Assembly (NCBI RefSeq): GCF_021057185.1 | Contig: NZ_CP054059.1 | Location: 510,001 to 542,000 of the forward strand | Direction: 5' to 3' | Origin: Candidatus Absconditicoccus praedator | GTDB lineage: Bacteria > Patescibacteriota > Gracilibacteria > Absconditabacterales > Absconditicoccaceae | DNA length: 32,000 bases | Shown here: positions 1-10,622 of the stretch, in pieces | Position numbering within the stretch: position 1 is the stretch's first letter | Layout of the letters: every line of letters starts with the position of its first letter | The notes under the pieces: model-generated | What the model saw: only the letters and a program-made list of their open reading frames with translations | Databases searched by the model: none | What the model was told of the DNA's origin: nothing | Translations under genes and position numbers: made by a program

Positions 1-349
1 TTTTTACAAATACTCACTGTCATATTCTTGTTCAAGCTGGAATAAACTGTTCATTATTTGTAAAATTTATAAAAGGAAATTTAATTGTATCTTCATCTCA
101 ACAATAATCTTGATCAACAATTCAAACTGAATTTGCTTGAATTAATCAAAATTTTTTGAAAGTAGAACTTCTTGGTTGTACTTGGAGCATAAATCAATCT
201 GGAGTTTCTATCACAGTTCATGTATCAACGAGCTTAAACTCTCATGGTCAAAAAGTTGTATCATTCATAGTTTTAAAATCAAAACCTACCGCTCAATCAG
301 TATGATATTCCAATGGCTTACCATCAAATGTCTTAATTCTTACTTTCAT
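1..349 (-). CDS. dut: dUTP diphosphatase (dUTPase); 3' end runs off the window start
   Basis: Table-25 translation from the ATG at 349 gives MKVRIKTFDGKPLEYHTDGAVGFDF...[35 protein letters not shown]. It carries the dUTPase motifs RSS..K.G and G(I/V)ID.DY.GE. It starts 24 nt after the dcd stop on the same strand. Confidence 0.8.
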
Positions 350-373
350 ATTATTTTTTTAGAATCTAAATTT

Positions 374-946
374 TTAATAATTATCATCAAATATTTTACT
401 TTCTTGAACATTATTTTGATTCATATATTTACTTGATTTTCTATTTGCATAATTTTCAACACATTTACTGCTTAGCAAATGAAAAGCAAATTGTCATACC
501 CTCATTCAAGGGTGCAACTTTATAGGTATTTCATTGATATTGGTAATTTCCAAAGTAATTTTTCATTTAAATCATGGATCTACAAATCAAGCAGTTGAAT
601 GTATAATAAGTCACAACCTTCCCAAAGAACTTCTTCCTTCACATCTGGCAACAATATCATCTGGAAGTCATATTGTTTCAAAAGTTGTTCATAAAATAAA
701 TTGTCATGGATGCACTATCAAATCTTCTCACTCTTCAAGCGAAACAATTTTTATATTTTTTTCATCTAATGATTTTCTTGGGTCAATAACATCTACACAA
801 GTTTTATCATAAAACTTGAAATCGTATCACAATCTAAAATCCAAACTCGCAGGTCATATTTGCTGAAAAATATCATATTTTTCTGAAATAAACTCTAAGT
901 TATTTTCTTGGATTCTATTTTTAATATCTTTATCTGAAAGAATCAT
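374..946 (-). CDS. dcd: dCTP deaminase
   Basis: 190 aa with TGA=Gly: MILSDKDIKNRI...IGPASLDFRLGYDF...[37 protein letters not shown]. These are the classic Dcd motifs. Length is a multiple of 3 and the stop is TAA. Confidence 0.85.
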
Positions 947-971
947 CTTTAATCTTTCTTAAAATTTAAAA

Positions 972-2495
972 CTAGTCAGATACATTAATATTTATCCTTG
1001 ATCTTATAGACGGGATGGTATCATACCAATGGGGAGTTGTCCTAATCAAAGCAACATCTATCTCATCATAAGATACTATCTCATTTCTTGCTGAAGATAC
1101 TGTTTCTCATAATATATTTCACTTTATCTCATTTTTTATCCTATTTATATCCAAATCAAAATTGTATCACCATATTACATCAACACGAGTTGGTATATTA
1201 TAAACACCATCCTCACCTACTACATCATAAAATATTGGGCTGTTTTTGTCTATCTCTACAAGCTGTAAGTTTTCAGACATTCTATCTGATATATATTCCT
1301 CAACTCAGTTCTTTAAATCACTCCATTCTACATATGGAAATCTAATTATAAAAGAAGCTTGTCATTGAATTGTAGAAGCTGACTCTCACACATCATGCGA
1401 GAGTTGTATATCAATATCAGAAGTATTTATAAGTTGAGAAAAAGGGAAAGTATACTTCTCTTCATAATCTTCCATTAGAGATCAAACTATAGTTCTTTTA
1501 TTATTATTTATATAATCTGAAATATTATTTTCAACATTTTCTATATCTTCTTCTGTTACTTCTCAATCTTCTTCAGTATGTCAGCCAGTAAAATCCTGTA
1601 TTGACTCAGCAAAAATTTCTTCATTATCATAACTTTGAGGAAGATTCCTTATTAATAATCTAGTTCAAGAATCAATATTTCATCTTTCTCATATAATATT
1701 TCAATCTTCATCTTCTACATCTGCCTCTACCTCTACTTCAGCAACACCTGGATCTTCTTGAGTTCAGGACGGTAAGTTTGCCCAATTTTTTGTTCTAAAA
1801 ATCAATCAGTTTTCATCCACAAATCTGGTATTTGAAACCAAGGAATACTCGGTATCAGTTGTATTATAAACTCTTATCATACCAGTTGCAGGTTGTTGAT
1901 TATATGTAAGATCTCAAACATTAAACTCTTTAGAAAATGAGTATTCATAAGTTTTTATATTATATGGGATTCATATTTGTTTAATCTGTGGAGGCTCATC
2001 ACTACTGGCAGGATAATAACGAAAATTATATGTCACATCATCAATATTATAAGCAGGTTTTATATGTATATTTGCAGAAGGTGTAATATATCAATAAAAC
2101 AAGTATAGAATAAAAACCAACAATAAGACTTCTGCTCATATTACAAAATACATAGCATTACTTCTTTGTCTGATTATTTTTTCATGAAAATCTTTTCAAT
2201 AAAAAAAAGTATTAGAGAAAAAACTTATAAATTTTTTATAAAAAGGCTGTCAAATATTAGTAAAATTTACTCAAAGTTTTTTGTAATAATTTTGAACTTT
2301 GGTTTCTCTACACAAAAAATTATAATCTATTTTTTTTGATTCTAAAAGTTCTTTTATTTGTTTTCCCCATCGAATATTATCAAATATTTCATTTTGAGAG
2401 TTAATCCGGATCTTAACTTGTCTTCAAGTTGGGATTTTTTCTAACGTATTAAATATTTTATATAAAGAATCTTTTTTTCAAAAGTTTATATTCAT
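972..2495 (-). CDS. hypothetical membrane-anchored protein (507 aa): cytoplasmic N-terminus, one TM helix (AMYFVIGAEVLLLVFILYLFYGY), large acidic extracytoplasmic domain
   Basis: I checked every codon of this frame and found no TAA or TAG. The ATG directly abuts the TAG stop of the upstream gene (TAGATG at 2493-2498). No family was recognised with confidence. It loosely recalls TM-anchored 'baseplate J-like' proteins annotated in CPR genomes, but that is unverified. Confidence 0.55.
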
Positions 2496-3299
2496 CTATC
2501 ATTTGTTTTTATTATAAATTTCCTTTGATTTGATGTATCTAAAATAATAAAACAGAATAATTCAAGATAAGATTAATGTCCAGTAATTCTTAACATCAAA
2601 ATTATATCAAAACATACTTATTCAAAAGTTATGAGAGTATAACTGAAACTGAAATATAAAATTGAGCATCAATAACAATAATATAAATCACAACAATCAA
2701 ACTCAATATTTTTTCAACACATAACTCATAGAAAACACTAAAACAAAACATAAGATAGAAACCAAAGACAAGATTAATCAAACCGGATAAACTTGATCAA
2801 ATCTATAAATAAAACTTTCTGGAATCAAAGCAGAAACTCATAAAAAACTGTTTGTTGGTTGTCATATAAAATCATCTCCCAATAAAAGAAAGAATCAAAA
2901 AGGTACCAATGCCAAACTTAAACTATAAAAAATTATATCAATCCATTTTAATTGTTCATTTTTAATATCAACATTTTTTAAAAATAATATAGTGCTTAGG
3001 AAAAGTCAAAGACTTATTCAGATAAAACTAAAATCATATCAATAAGGAGAAAGAATAAGCATGAGATCATTTATACTCAAAGGTATTATCAACAAACTAT
3101 CAAACAAATGATACAAATAAGATCAAAAAAAATATGGAAGTATTAAAAAAACAGGAAGCCAGTTAAAAAACCTCCAAAAATTAACATTATATCTTTTTGC
3201 GTAAAAATTCATTAAAAAAACAAATGTTAAAACAAAAACCACAACTCATATTCAAGTCATATATATGGTAATTCAAAACAACTCAAAAAAGGGATACAT
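2496..3299 (-). CDS. polytopic membrane protein, possibly a highly divergent Lgt-like (prolipoprotein diacylglyceryl transferase family) protein
   Basis: 267 aa, with the frame checked codon by codon and no TAA/TAG. Several TM segments are present. The segment order resembles Lgt (FGITIYMTGIG..., YGYDFSFIGISLG, LVPFGFFLLLGDDFIGQPTN, YPVGLILS). The canonical GR.GNF.N.E motif is replaced by LGDDFIG. Confidence 0.45.
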
Positions 3300-3362
3300 T
3301 TTAAAACATTTATTTATTAAATTTACTATGACATAATAACAAATTAAAAATCTATTTCAATA

Positions 3363-4856
3363 TTAACTTATATAAGAAGTTACCTTGTTTTCTCTAATTC
3401 ACACAACTCTAATTGTTCATGGATAATCAAGCTGTCACTCAATTTTTGAAGAAATTATTTTTAAAATTTCTTGCAACTGAACATCATCAACCTTTTCTGG
3501 ATCAACAAAACTCATAATTTCTCTTCAAGCTTGCATTATATATACTTTTTTAACTCAATCAATTCAAGAAATCAACTTTTCAAGATTTTCCATTCTTTCT
3601 ATAAACATATTTTTAGTATTAAGTCTTGCTCACGGTCTTCAAGCACTAATTCCATCTGCTGCTGCCACTATCCATGATATTGGATTATCAGGTTGTATAT
3701 CAAAATGATGACTTTCAGCAGCATTTATTATTGTTTCATTAAGCCCAAATTTTCTGAGTATTTCTCATCACGCTTTTGAATGTGCTATTCATGCACCATT
3801 TTTAAGCTTTCATATATCATGAAATAGTCAAGCCTTTTTAGCTAATACTGAATCCAATTTCATTTCACTAGCAATAGCTTCACATATTCTTGCAACTTCT
3901 ATACTATGAATCCATAGATTTTGTCAATAACTATATCTAAAATAAAACTGTCATATCATTTTAACTATATCTGGCTTCATCATTGGTAACGAAAGAGATG
4001 TAAGAGCCTCTTTTCATTTCTCCAAAACATAATTATCAAAATCTGATACAACTTCATTATAGTATTTTTCTATGTAGATTGGATTTATTCTTCAATCATT
4101 AATTAGTTTTTTTAATGTTTCTGTAGCAACAAATCTTTTCTCTGGATCAAAACAAGATACATTCACTACTAAAGGAGTATCATCGATAATTATCTCCGAT
4201 CAAGTTAGCCTTTCAAAAAAAGATATATTTCTTCATTCCTTTCAAATAATTTTTCACTTGGTTTCCTCACTTGGAAGATCAACAATAGAAATAGTAAATT
4301 CACTAACATTATTCACTCACACCCTTGGTAAAATTTTTGATATTATTCAATGAGCAACTTTTTCTGACTCCTCCTGTTTTAACTGTTCTTGTTTATTTAT
4401 AAAATTTGAAATTTCTTCTTTATTTTCTGATTTTATTATATCAAAAAGCTTTTCTTTGGCTTCTTGCTTTGAAAGATTTGATATTTCTTCTAACTTCTCT
4501 ATTTGTTTTTGATGTTCATTGTTAATATCTTCTTTTAACTGGTTAACTTCTTCTTTTTTTTCTGCTAACTCAGACTTTTCCTGTTCAAGTTTTTCTTCTT
4601 TTTTTGAAAGTCTATCTTCTAATATTTCAACTCTATTTAGCTTTTGTTGAGATTCTTTGTTTGCATCTTCTATAATACTTTCTGCTTTTCTTTGTGCTTG
4701 ATTTATTGTTTCATAATACTCATTTTCTATCTTCTCCAATCTTTCATCTAGTTTTTTTTCTTTCTTATTTACATAAGTTTCATAAACAAACTTTCATATA
4801 AAAAATCAAAGCACAAATACTAAGATAAAAAGTCATAGTATTTGATAATCTAACAT
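3363..4856 (-). CDS. rny: ribonuclease Y (N-terminal TM helix, coiled coil, KH domain, HD domain)
   Basis: 497 aa: MLDYQILGLFILVFVLGFFIGKF..., then the coiled coil given in track ORF 4347-4739, then ...[26 protein letters not shown] (KH)...AGLFHDIGK...AESHH...AADGISAGRPGAR (HD)...LDYPGTIRVVGIRENKVTSYIS. In frame with the track ORF; stop TAA. Confidence 0.9.
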
Positions 4857-5019
4857 TTTATTATTTTAGTTTCTTAAATTTATAATTTTAATTACTTGCT
4901 GTTAGATTATTAAGGATTTGGATATCAATGTCAAATAAAAATTCACATTATTAATAATTAATTATTGAAAAATCACAAAAATAAATTATATATATGTATT
5001 TACAAATCAAAAAAAATAA

Positions 5020-5805
5020 ATGAAAACTTTTATAATATTAATTATTTTTATTTTAGGAAATAGTTTATGATATAGTTACTTATCACTAGAACACTCTACT
5101 AAACCTAACATAAAAAAAACTTACATAAATAAAACTGATTTTGAAAATAACATAAAACCACTTAGACAAACTATTAAAAACCAAAAAAATATTGAAACCA
5201 TCCAGAAAAAATGTAAATCAAATATATTTCCCAAAAACAAATATCTTCTAACTTTTGATGATTGACCTTATGAAAATATCACAAAGGAAATACTAGAAAT
5301 CCTAAACCAGTATGATGTAAATGCAGTTTTTTTCCTATTATGAAAAAACATAATTAAGAACCCACATCTTATAAACAAAATAGTAAAAAATGGTCACATA
5401 CTAGGAAATCATACCTTTACACATAGAAGCCTGAAAAAATTAAACTACACACAAACAAAAAATGAAATAAAATCAACTAACTTATTAATTAATAATATTT
5501 TATGATTTGAGTATCCTATAAAATTATTCAGACCACCATATTGAAAAAGAAATTCAAGTTTTGATCAAATTATGCAAAATAAAAAATTAACCTGATGTTT
5601 TTGGAATTTTGACACACTGGACTGGCAAGTAGACGAACTTTGAGTATCAAAAAACGAAATTAAAAACAACATTAAAACTCAAATACAAAAAAATCCAACT
5701 TGATGAAAAAATATATTGTTTCATGATGTAGAAAAAGTTACACCCAAATTATTACCATACACAATAGAAAAACTAAAAAAATACTGAAATTCTTCCATCT
5801 TCTAA
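5020..5805 (+). CDS. polysaccharide deacetylase (NodB-homology domain), N-terminal signal/anchor
   Basis: 261 aa: MKTFIILIIFILGNSLGY...LLTFDDGPYEN...GHILGNHTFTH...LFRPPYGK...FDTLDW. These are the NodB catalytic motifs TFDDGP, H..(T)H and RPPYG. Stop TAA. Confidence 0.85.
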
Positions 5806-5954
5806 AATAAAATTATTGACAATTATCAAGTATATTTCAAAAGCAATTAAATAATTAATTTTAACTTTTTTCTTGAAAAATAAAATTGCTTGAAAAATTT
5901 GTTTTTTTTAATAACATCACAAATGAAGAACTTTATTAATGAAAATTTTCTTTA

Positions 5955-7652
5955 ATGAGCAAACTTACTGACGACATATTATCAAATATTGACATTGTTG
6001 ATATAATAAGTAAATATGTTAACTTAAAAAAAAGCGGCTCAAATTATTCTGGTTTATGCCCATTCCATAATGAAAAAACCCCTTCTTTTATGGTAAGCGA
6101 AGAAAAACAAATATACAAATGTTTTGGCTGTGGAGCCTGATGAAATGCTATTAATTTTATTATGGAAATAGAAAAAATAGATTTTTGGGATGGTATAAAA
6201 ATTTTATCTAAAGATGCATGAATAGACATTTCTTCATATCAACACAAAAAAGAAGATTTTGATAAAAAAGCACACTTTAGGGAAAGAATCAAAAAATTAA
6301 ATTCTTATGCCACAAAATATTTTCAAACTCAAATAAATGATGCAAACACTGCACAAAAATATCTTATGGAAGACAGAAAACTTGACCAGGATTTGATAAA
6401 TTCTTTTCAGATAGGATATGCACCAAATAACTTTTTCGATATTGTACAATACCTCAAAGATAAATGATTTTCCAAAGAAGAAATGTTGGAAAGTTGACTA
6501 ATAAGAGAATGAAACAGTGGAGACTTATATTCATTTTTTAGAGACAGAATAATGTTTCCTATAAAAGACCATATATGAAATATTGTTGCATTTGCTTGAA
6601 GATATATACAAGAAAAAGAAAACTCTCCAAAATATTTGAATATTTCTAGTACAGTACTGTATGATAAATCTAAAATTCTATACTGAATAGATCTTGCCAA
6701 AAAAAATATAAAAACATTTTGAGAAATAATTGTTGTAGAATGATATATGGATGTAATAGCTTTGCACAAACTATGAAAATGAGTATGAGTAGCAACTTGT
6801 GGTACTGCTCTAACTGTAGAACACATAAAACTATTAAAAAGACATACAGACAATATTATATTTTGTTTTGATGATGATCAAGCATGAATATCTGCAACAA
6901 TTAGATGATTAAAAAATGCTTGGATACAATGAGTATACCCCAAAATTATGATTCTACCAGAATGATACAAAGATATTGATGATTTTGTTAAAAATTCTAA
7001 AAAACTTGAATATCAACAAGTTGATTGATTTGAACATATTTGTAAACACCTTAAAAAACAGTATGACATTCAGTCTCCAGTATGAAGAAAAAATTTTATA
7101 AATGACATTTTTGATCTACTTGAGGCTTTAGAAGATTACTCCATATTAAGTTTTTATTTGGAAAAAGTTTCATCTTATCTTTCTATAAATTATGATATAT
7201 TATTTAGACAGTTTAAATCATTTCTAAAGTCTTCTAAAAAAAATTCAACAAATAAAAAAAACAATAATGACTTTGATAACGAAGAAGACAAAAAATATCT
7301 CCTTGCTAGTATTTTCTATAATTCTTTTTTGGAAAGGAATGAACTTAATACCAATCAAATAAAAAATCATATAAAAGTATTTGATGATATACTGGAATAC
7401 TTCCCAGAAAGCATAATTTATAAAGTAAAATACAACATATCAGAAGAACACAAACAAAAAATTTTAGAACATCAATTATGGCGAGAAAAACAGTTTGAAC
7501 AACTAACTAATGAAAAAAAAGAGAGAATATTGCTTGATTTCCTTAAAAGACAAATACAAGAATTATCCAAATTTTTGTACAAATCAAATAAAATACAACA
7601 ATCTAAAAAAACTGAAATATTTGAAAACATAAAAAATCTTGTTAAACAATAA
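5955..7652 (+). CDS. dnaG: DNA primase
   Basis: 565 aa. It joins track ORFs 5955-6140 and 7158-7652, which are in the same frame, and I checked all intervening codons. Zinc finger [11 protein letters not shown]...[15 protein letters not shown] with GG encoded by TGA TGA at 6138-6143. Toprim motifs VVEGYMDVIAL and FCFDDDQAG. Confidence 0.92.
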
Positions 7653-7746
7653 ATTGTCAATTCTTATTTTTTGTTGAGATTAAACTTTTTTGATTTAAAA
7701 AAATAATTTATTATAATAATAACATATTTAAAAATAATTTTTTTTG

Positions 7747-8412
7747 ATGGACAAAGAAAACTTGGTTGAAATAGAAGATTTAACATGGTGATATCCTTGA
7801 TGTCCCAATTTCATATTTGAGAAATTTAATTTCAAACTTGATAAACAGGATTTTTGCTTTGTTTTATGAAAATCTGGAGTATGAAAAACAACTCTTATTA
7901 AATTTTTGGTAAGACAGCTACTACCCCCCAAAAAAATGATTTTTTATAAAAAAGAAGATATAGCAAGGTTTTCAAACAAAGAAATTCAAAAATACAGAAG
8001 AAAAATATGAGTAATTTATCAAGATTTTAAACTCATAGATTATAAAACTGTACAAGAAAATATAGAATATCCAATGCAAATTATTTGACAAAAAGCAAGT
8101 TTTATAAAAAAGAAATCAAATGAAATTTTGTATAAAATGAACTTGATGGATAAAAAAACATTTTATCCTCCTCAACTAAGTTGATGAGAAAAACAAAGAG
8201 TAAGTATAGCAAGAGCACTAATTACAGATCCAGAATTTATTATAGCAGATGAACCAACAGGAAATTTAGATAAAGAAACTTCTAGAGAAATTTCAGATTA
8301 TTTAGTATCTCTTAATGAACAAGGTCATACTATTCTTTTTATTACACACGATCTAGAACTTATGGAATATGTAAAAAAACAAAACAAAAAAATAAAATCT
8401 ATAAAAATTTAA
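7747..8412 (+). CDS. ftsE: FtsE-like ABC transporter ATP-binding protein
   Basis: 221 aa. Walker A is GKSGVGKTT, with TGA at 7867-7869 and 7882-7884. Also present: Q-loop IGVIYQDFKL, signature LSGGEKQRVSIARAL and Walker B FIIADEPTGNLD. Size and motifs fit the FtsE/LolD class. No FtsX-like permease follows. Confidence 0.7.
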
Positions 8413-8430
8413 ATCCTAACAAAACAAAAA

Positions 8431-8598
8431 ATGAAAACAAAAATTTTAAAAGAGTTATATAATGAAAACATCCCAAGATTTATTCTTATAAATATAGAAA
8501 AAGAATTGGATAGTATGAATAACTATAAACTTCAGAATGTTTTTAACAATATCGATTTAATTAAAGATTATATTTATAGTATGCTAAACAAATCTTAG
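8431..8598 (+). CDS. hypothetical small ORF (55 aa); may be non-coding
   Basis: ATG...TAG ORF: MKTKILKELYNENIPRFILINIEKELDSMNNYKLQNVFNNIDLIKDYIYSMLNKS. It has no glycine and no recognisable motif, and lies in a very AT-rich stretch. Confidence 0.2.
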   Translation: MKTKILKELYNENIPRFILINIEKELDSMNNYKLQNVFNNIDLIKDYIYSMLNKS

Positions 8599-8630
8599 AT
8601 ATTTATTATATTTATAAATTAAAACAAAAA

Positions 8631-8873
8631 ATGCAAATAAATTCAACATATACTAATTCTTTATTCAGCATAAGAAAAAATCATTTTTGCAAAAATATAT
8701 TTTATGATGAAAGCTTTTTTAATACCACAAAAAATGTATTAATAAAAGATAAATATACAAATAACAAAAAAGACCTTACTCTATTGAATTTTTACATAAA
8801 ATATTGTACTGAGGTAAGATTATTCTTGTCTGAAATCTCGCAAAATCCTTGTAGATATAAAAGTATTAAATAG
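8631..8873 (+). CDS. hypothetical small ORF (80 aa); may be non-coding
   Basis: Track ORF. It has no glycine and no recognisable motif, and overlaps the convergent trmD 3' end by 8 nt. Confidence 0.2.
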   Translation: MQINSTYTNSLFSIRKNHFCKNIFYDESFFNTTKNVLIKDKYTNNKKDLTLLNFYIKYCTEVRLFLSEISQNPCRYKSIK

Positions 8874-9546
8874 ATCTTTCATTATCCTCTCTTCGTTTTT
8901 TTATCATAGAATGATTTCATGAGAGTAGTTCATCTGGAACATTATATCAATAAACATTTTGAGGCCTTGTATACTGAGGATATTCTATATTTTGCATTTG
9001 TTTGTGTGGAGTATAACTTTCTTCTTGCAAACTATCTTGCTGTCATAACACTCATTCTTTAAGTCTTGTAGTTGCTTCAATAAATGCCATACTTGCTACT
9101 TCTCCTCACATTAATATAAATTTTCATAATGATAATTTTTCAAATTTTTGAGGATAATTATCCATAAAATACTTTTCAAAACGATAGTCTATTCATTCAT
9201 ATCTTCAACAAACAAGTATTAAATCTTCAAAATTTTTGAACCTAATAGCATTTTCTTGATCAAAAATATTTTTACTTGGAGAAAAGTAAATTATCTTAAA
9301 GTTTTGTGTTTTAATTGAATTTATTATATCCATAGTACAATCAATAACTGGTTTTGCTTTTAGAAGCATTCATGATCATCATCAATAGATTTCATCGTCT
9401 ATTTGTTTATGTTTATCATAACAAAAATACCTAGGATTATAAAAATTTAGTTCTATTTTTTTATTGCATACAGCCTTATGTATTATAGAAGTATCAATAA
9501 ATCATTTGAAAATTTCAGGGAATATACTAACTATATGAATTCTCAT
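8866..9546 (-). CDS. trmD: tRNA (guanine37-N1)-methyltransferase
   Basis: 226 aa: MRIHIVSIFPEIFKGF...QIDDEIYGGGSGMLLKAKP...LVCGRYEGIDYR...LSLGKFILMGGEVASMAFIEA...YPQYTRP. The YGGGSGM motif lies at 9367-9387 and uses four TGA codons. 13 of 14 Gly codons are TGA. Confidence 0.92.
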
Positions 9547-9700
9547 CTATTATAAAATTTTATAAAAATATATAAATTAGTCTTATTTAGTTTTATTATT
9601 TTCTGATCATACAATATTATATATAAACTTATAAAATTTATTTGCAATATGTTTTGGATATTTTTTAACCTAATAAGTTAAATTCAGAAAAAGATTTGTA

Positions 9701-9728
9701 TTGACATTACAAACAAAATAATTATAAA
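9701..9728 (+). promoter_or_regulatory. sigma70-like promoter candidate for the PAP2 gene (TTGACA, 16 nt, TATAAA), followed by a strong SD AGGGGG at 9748-9753
   Basis: TTGACA at 9701-9706 and TATAAA at 9723-9728. AAGGGGGA lies 7 nt upstream of the ATG at 9761. The other genes in the window whose upstream regions I inspected have no comparable purine-rich SD. Confidence 0.35.
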
Positions 9729-9760
9729 GAACATGCCAAACAAAAAAAGGGGGAAAAATT

Positions 9761-10558
9761 ATGAAATACAAAATCATTACCATTATTTGCATCTTCTGTG
9801 TTGCAATGTTTAGCAACAACGTTCATGCAAACAACTATAATGAAGGTATTTCCTACAGCAACTATGCTGCTAATTTTGTAAAGATACCTTTTAGAGCCAC
9901 CCTAGAACCGTTTAGAGGAGACCAAAAGGGCATTAAGAGGAATTTAATAATTGCAACAGGAGTAGGTTTAACTCTGGCTTATGATCAAGATATTAGAGAT
10001 TACGTTCAAGATGAAGTATATGGAGGAAGCAATTCATTAAGTAGATTCCTTTATAATGTGGGAAGCAAAGATTACGCTATACCTGGGTTCTTAGGAGTGT
10101 ATGCAATAAGTGCAATTTCTGGAAATAGGTACTTTTTCGACACTATGAACCTATCTTTTCAGTCATTTCTAATCACACAAATGTTTACTGAAATTACCAA
10201 GGGGACAGTAAACAGAATAAGGCCCAGAAATAGCCCTGATGACCCCTTTAACAGAGAAGATGATGCTCAATCATTCTTCTCAGGACACGCAAGTGGAACA
10301 TGGGCAGTTGCTACTGTATTTGCCCAAAGGTATCCATCTTTCCAGATACCAGCATATACTCTAGCAACTTCTGTTTCTCTCTCAAGAGTCTATGAAGACG
10401 CCCATTGGATGTCTGACGTGCTTGTTGGTTCTTTAGTAGGCTATGGAATTGCTAGGCTGACAATTAGACTAAATGATGCATATCCAAATAATCAAGTACA
10501 GGTATCACCTGTGTTTGATGGAGATTCAGTAGGTGCCACCATTGGATTCAGGTGGTAA
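9761..10558 (+). CDS. PAP2-superfamily (type 2 phosphatidic acid / undecaprenyl-PP) phosphatase with signal peptide
   Basis: Track ORF, intact in the standard code. Signal peptide MKYKIITIICIFCVAMFSNNVHA. PAP2 motifs K....RIRP, FFSGHAS and SRVYEDAHWMSD. It has 20 Gly codons, all GGN and none TGA. GC is visibly higher, about 40% in sampled 60-nt lines versus 13-25% in sampled neighbouring lines. Confidence 0.88.
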   Translation: MKYKIITIICIFCVAMFSNNVHANNYNEGISYSNYAANFVKIPFRATLEPFRGDQKGIKRNLIIATGVGLTLAYDQDIRDYVQDEVYGGSNSLSRFLYNVGSKDYAIPGFLGVYAISAISGNRYFFDTMNLSFQSFLITQMFTEITKGTVNRIRPRNSPDDPFNREDDAQSFFSGHASGTWAVATVFAQRYPSFQIPAYTLATSVSLSRVYEDAHWMSDVLVGSLVGYGIARLTIRLNDAYPNNQVQVSPVFDGDSVGATIGFRW

Positions 10559-10566
10559 AAAATACT

Positions 10567-10598
10567 GAGGTGGAAGGAAACCCTTTCCACCTCTTTTT
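10567..10598 (+). terminator. rho-independent terminator, possibly bidirectional (also just downstream of convergent elp3)
   Basis: GAGGTGGAAGG-aaacc-CTTTCCACCTC forms an 11-bp GC-rich stem including one G-U pair, followed by TTTTT at 10594-10598. An A-run precedes the stem. Confidence 0.7.
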
Positions 10599-10622
10599 AA
10601 AAAACAAATTCTAGCATTATAA

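Noticed and set aside
4857-5019. tRNA, rRNA or other structured RNA genes in the intergenic spacers (4857-5019, 5806-5954, 12777-12996, 14634-14766, 20728-20868, 28063-28225), including a hoped-for tRNA-Gly(UCA).
   Set aside because: All these spacers are extremely AT-rich with no cloverleaf-compatible GC stems. Only short AT palindromes are present, such as TTCTAATTAGAA within about 14710-14730 and ATTGACTTATGTCAAT at 20850-20865. The suppressor-like tRNA must lie elsewhere in the genome.
5872-5898. A direct repeat CTTGAAAAAT occurring twice, 17 nt apart, upstream of dnaG.
   Set aside because: It is short, A/T-rich and expected by chance at this base composition. No supporting promoter or operator context was found.
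6407-6853. The long standard-code ORFs on the strand opposite real genes: 6407-6853, 26465-26770, 27298-27642, 14879-15202, 1088-1345 and 534-812.
   Set aside because: They are antisense shadows of dnaG, uvrA, htpX, the 507-aa gene and dcd. Their translations are low-complexity, Ile/Phe/Ser/Leu-rich sequences with no motifs, whereas the opposite strand encodes conserved proteins in table 25.
9547-10622. The PAP2 island as a mobile element (IS, integron cassette or prophage remnant).
   Set aside because: I found no transposase or integrase, no terminal inverted repeats and no flanking direct repeats. Only compositional and codon evidence for foreign origin remains, so it is reported as candidate HGT and not as a mobile element.
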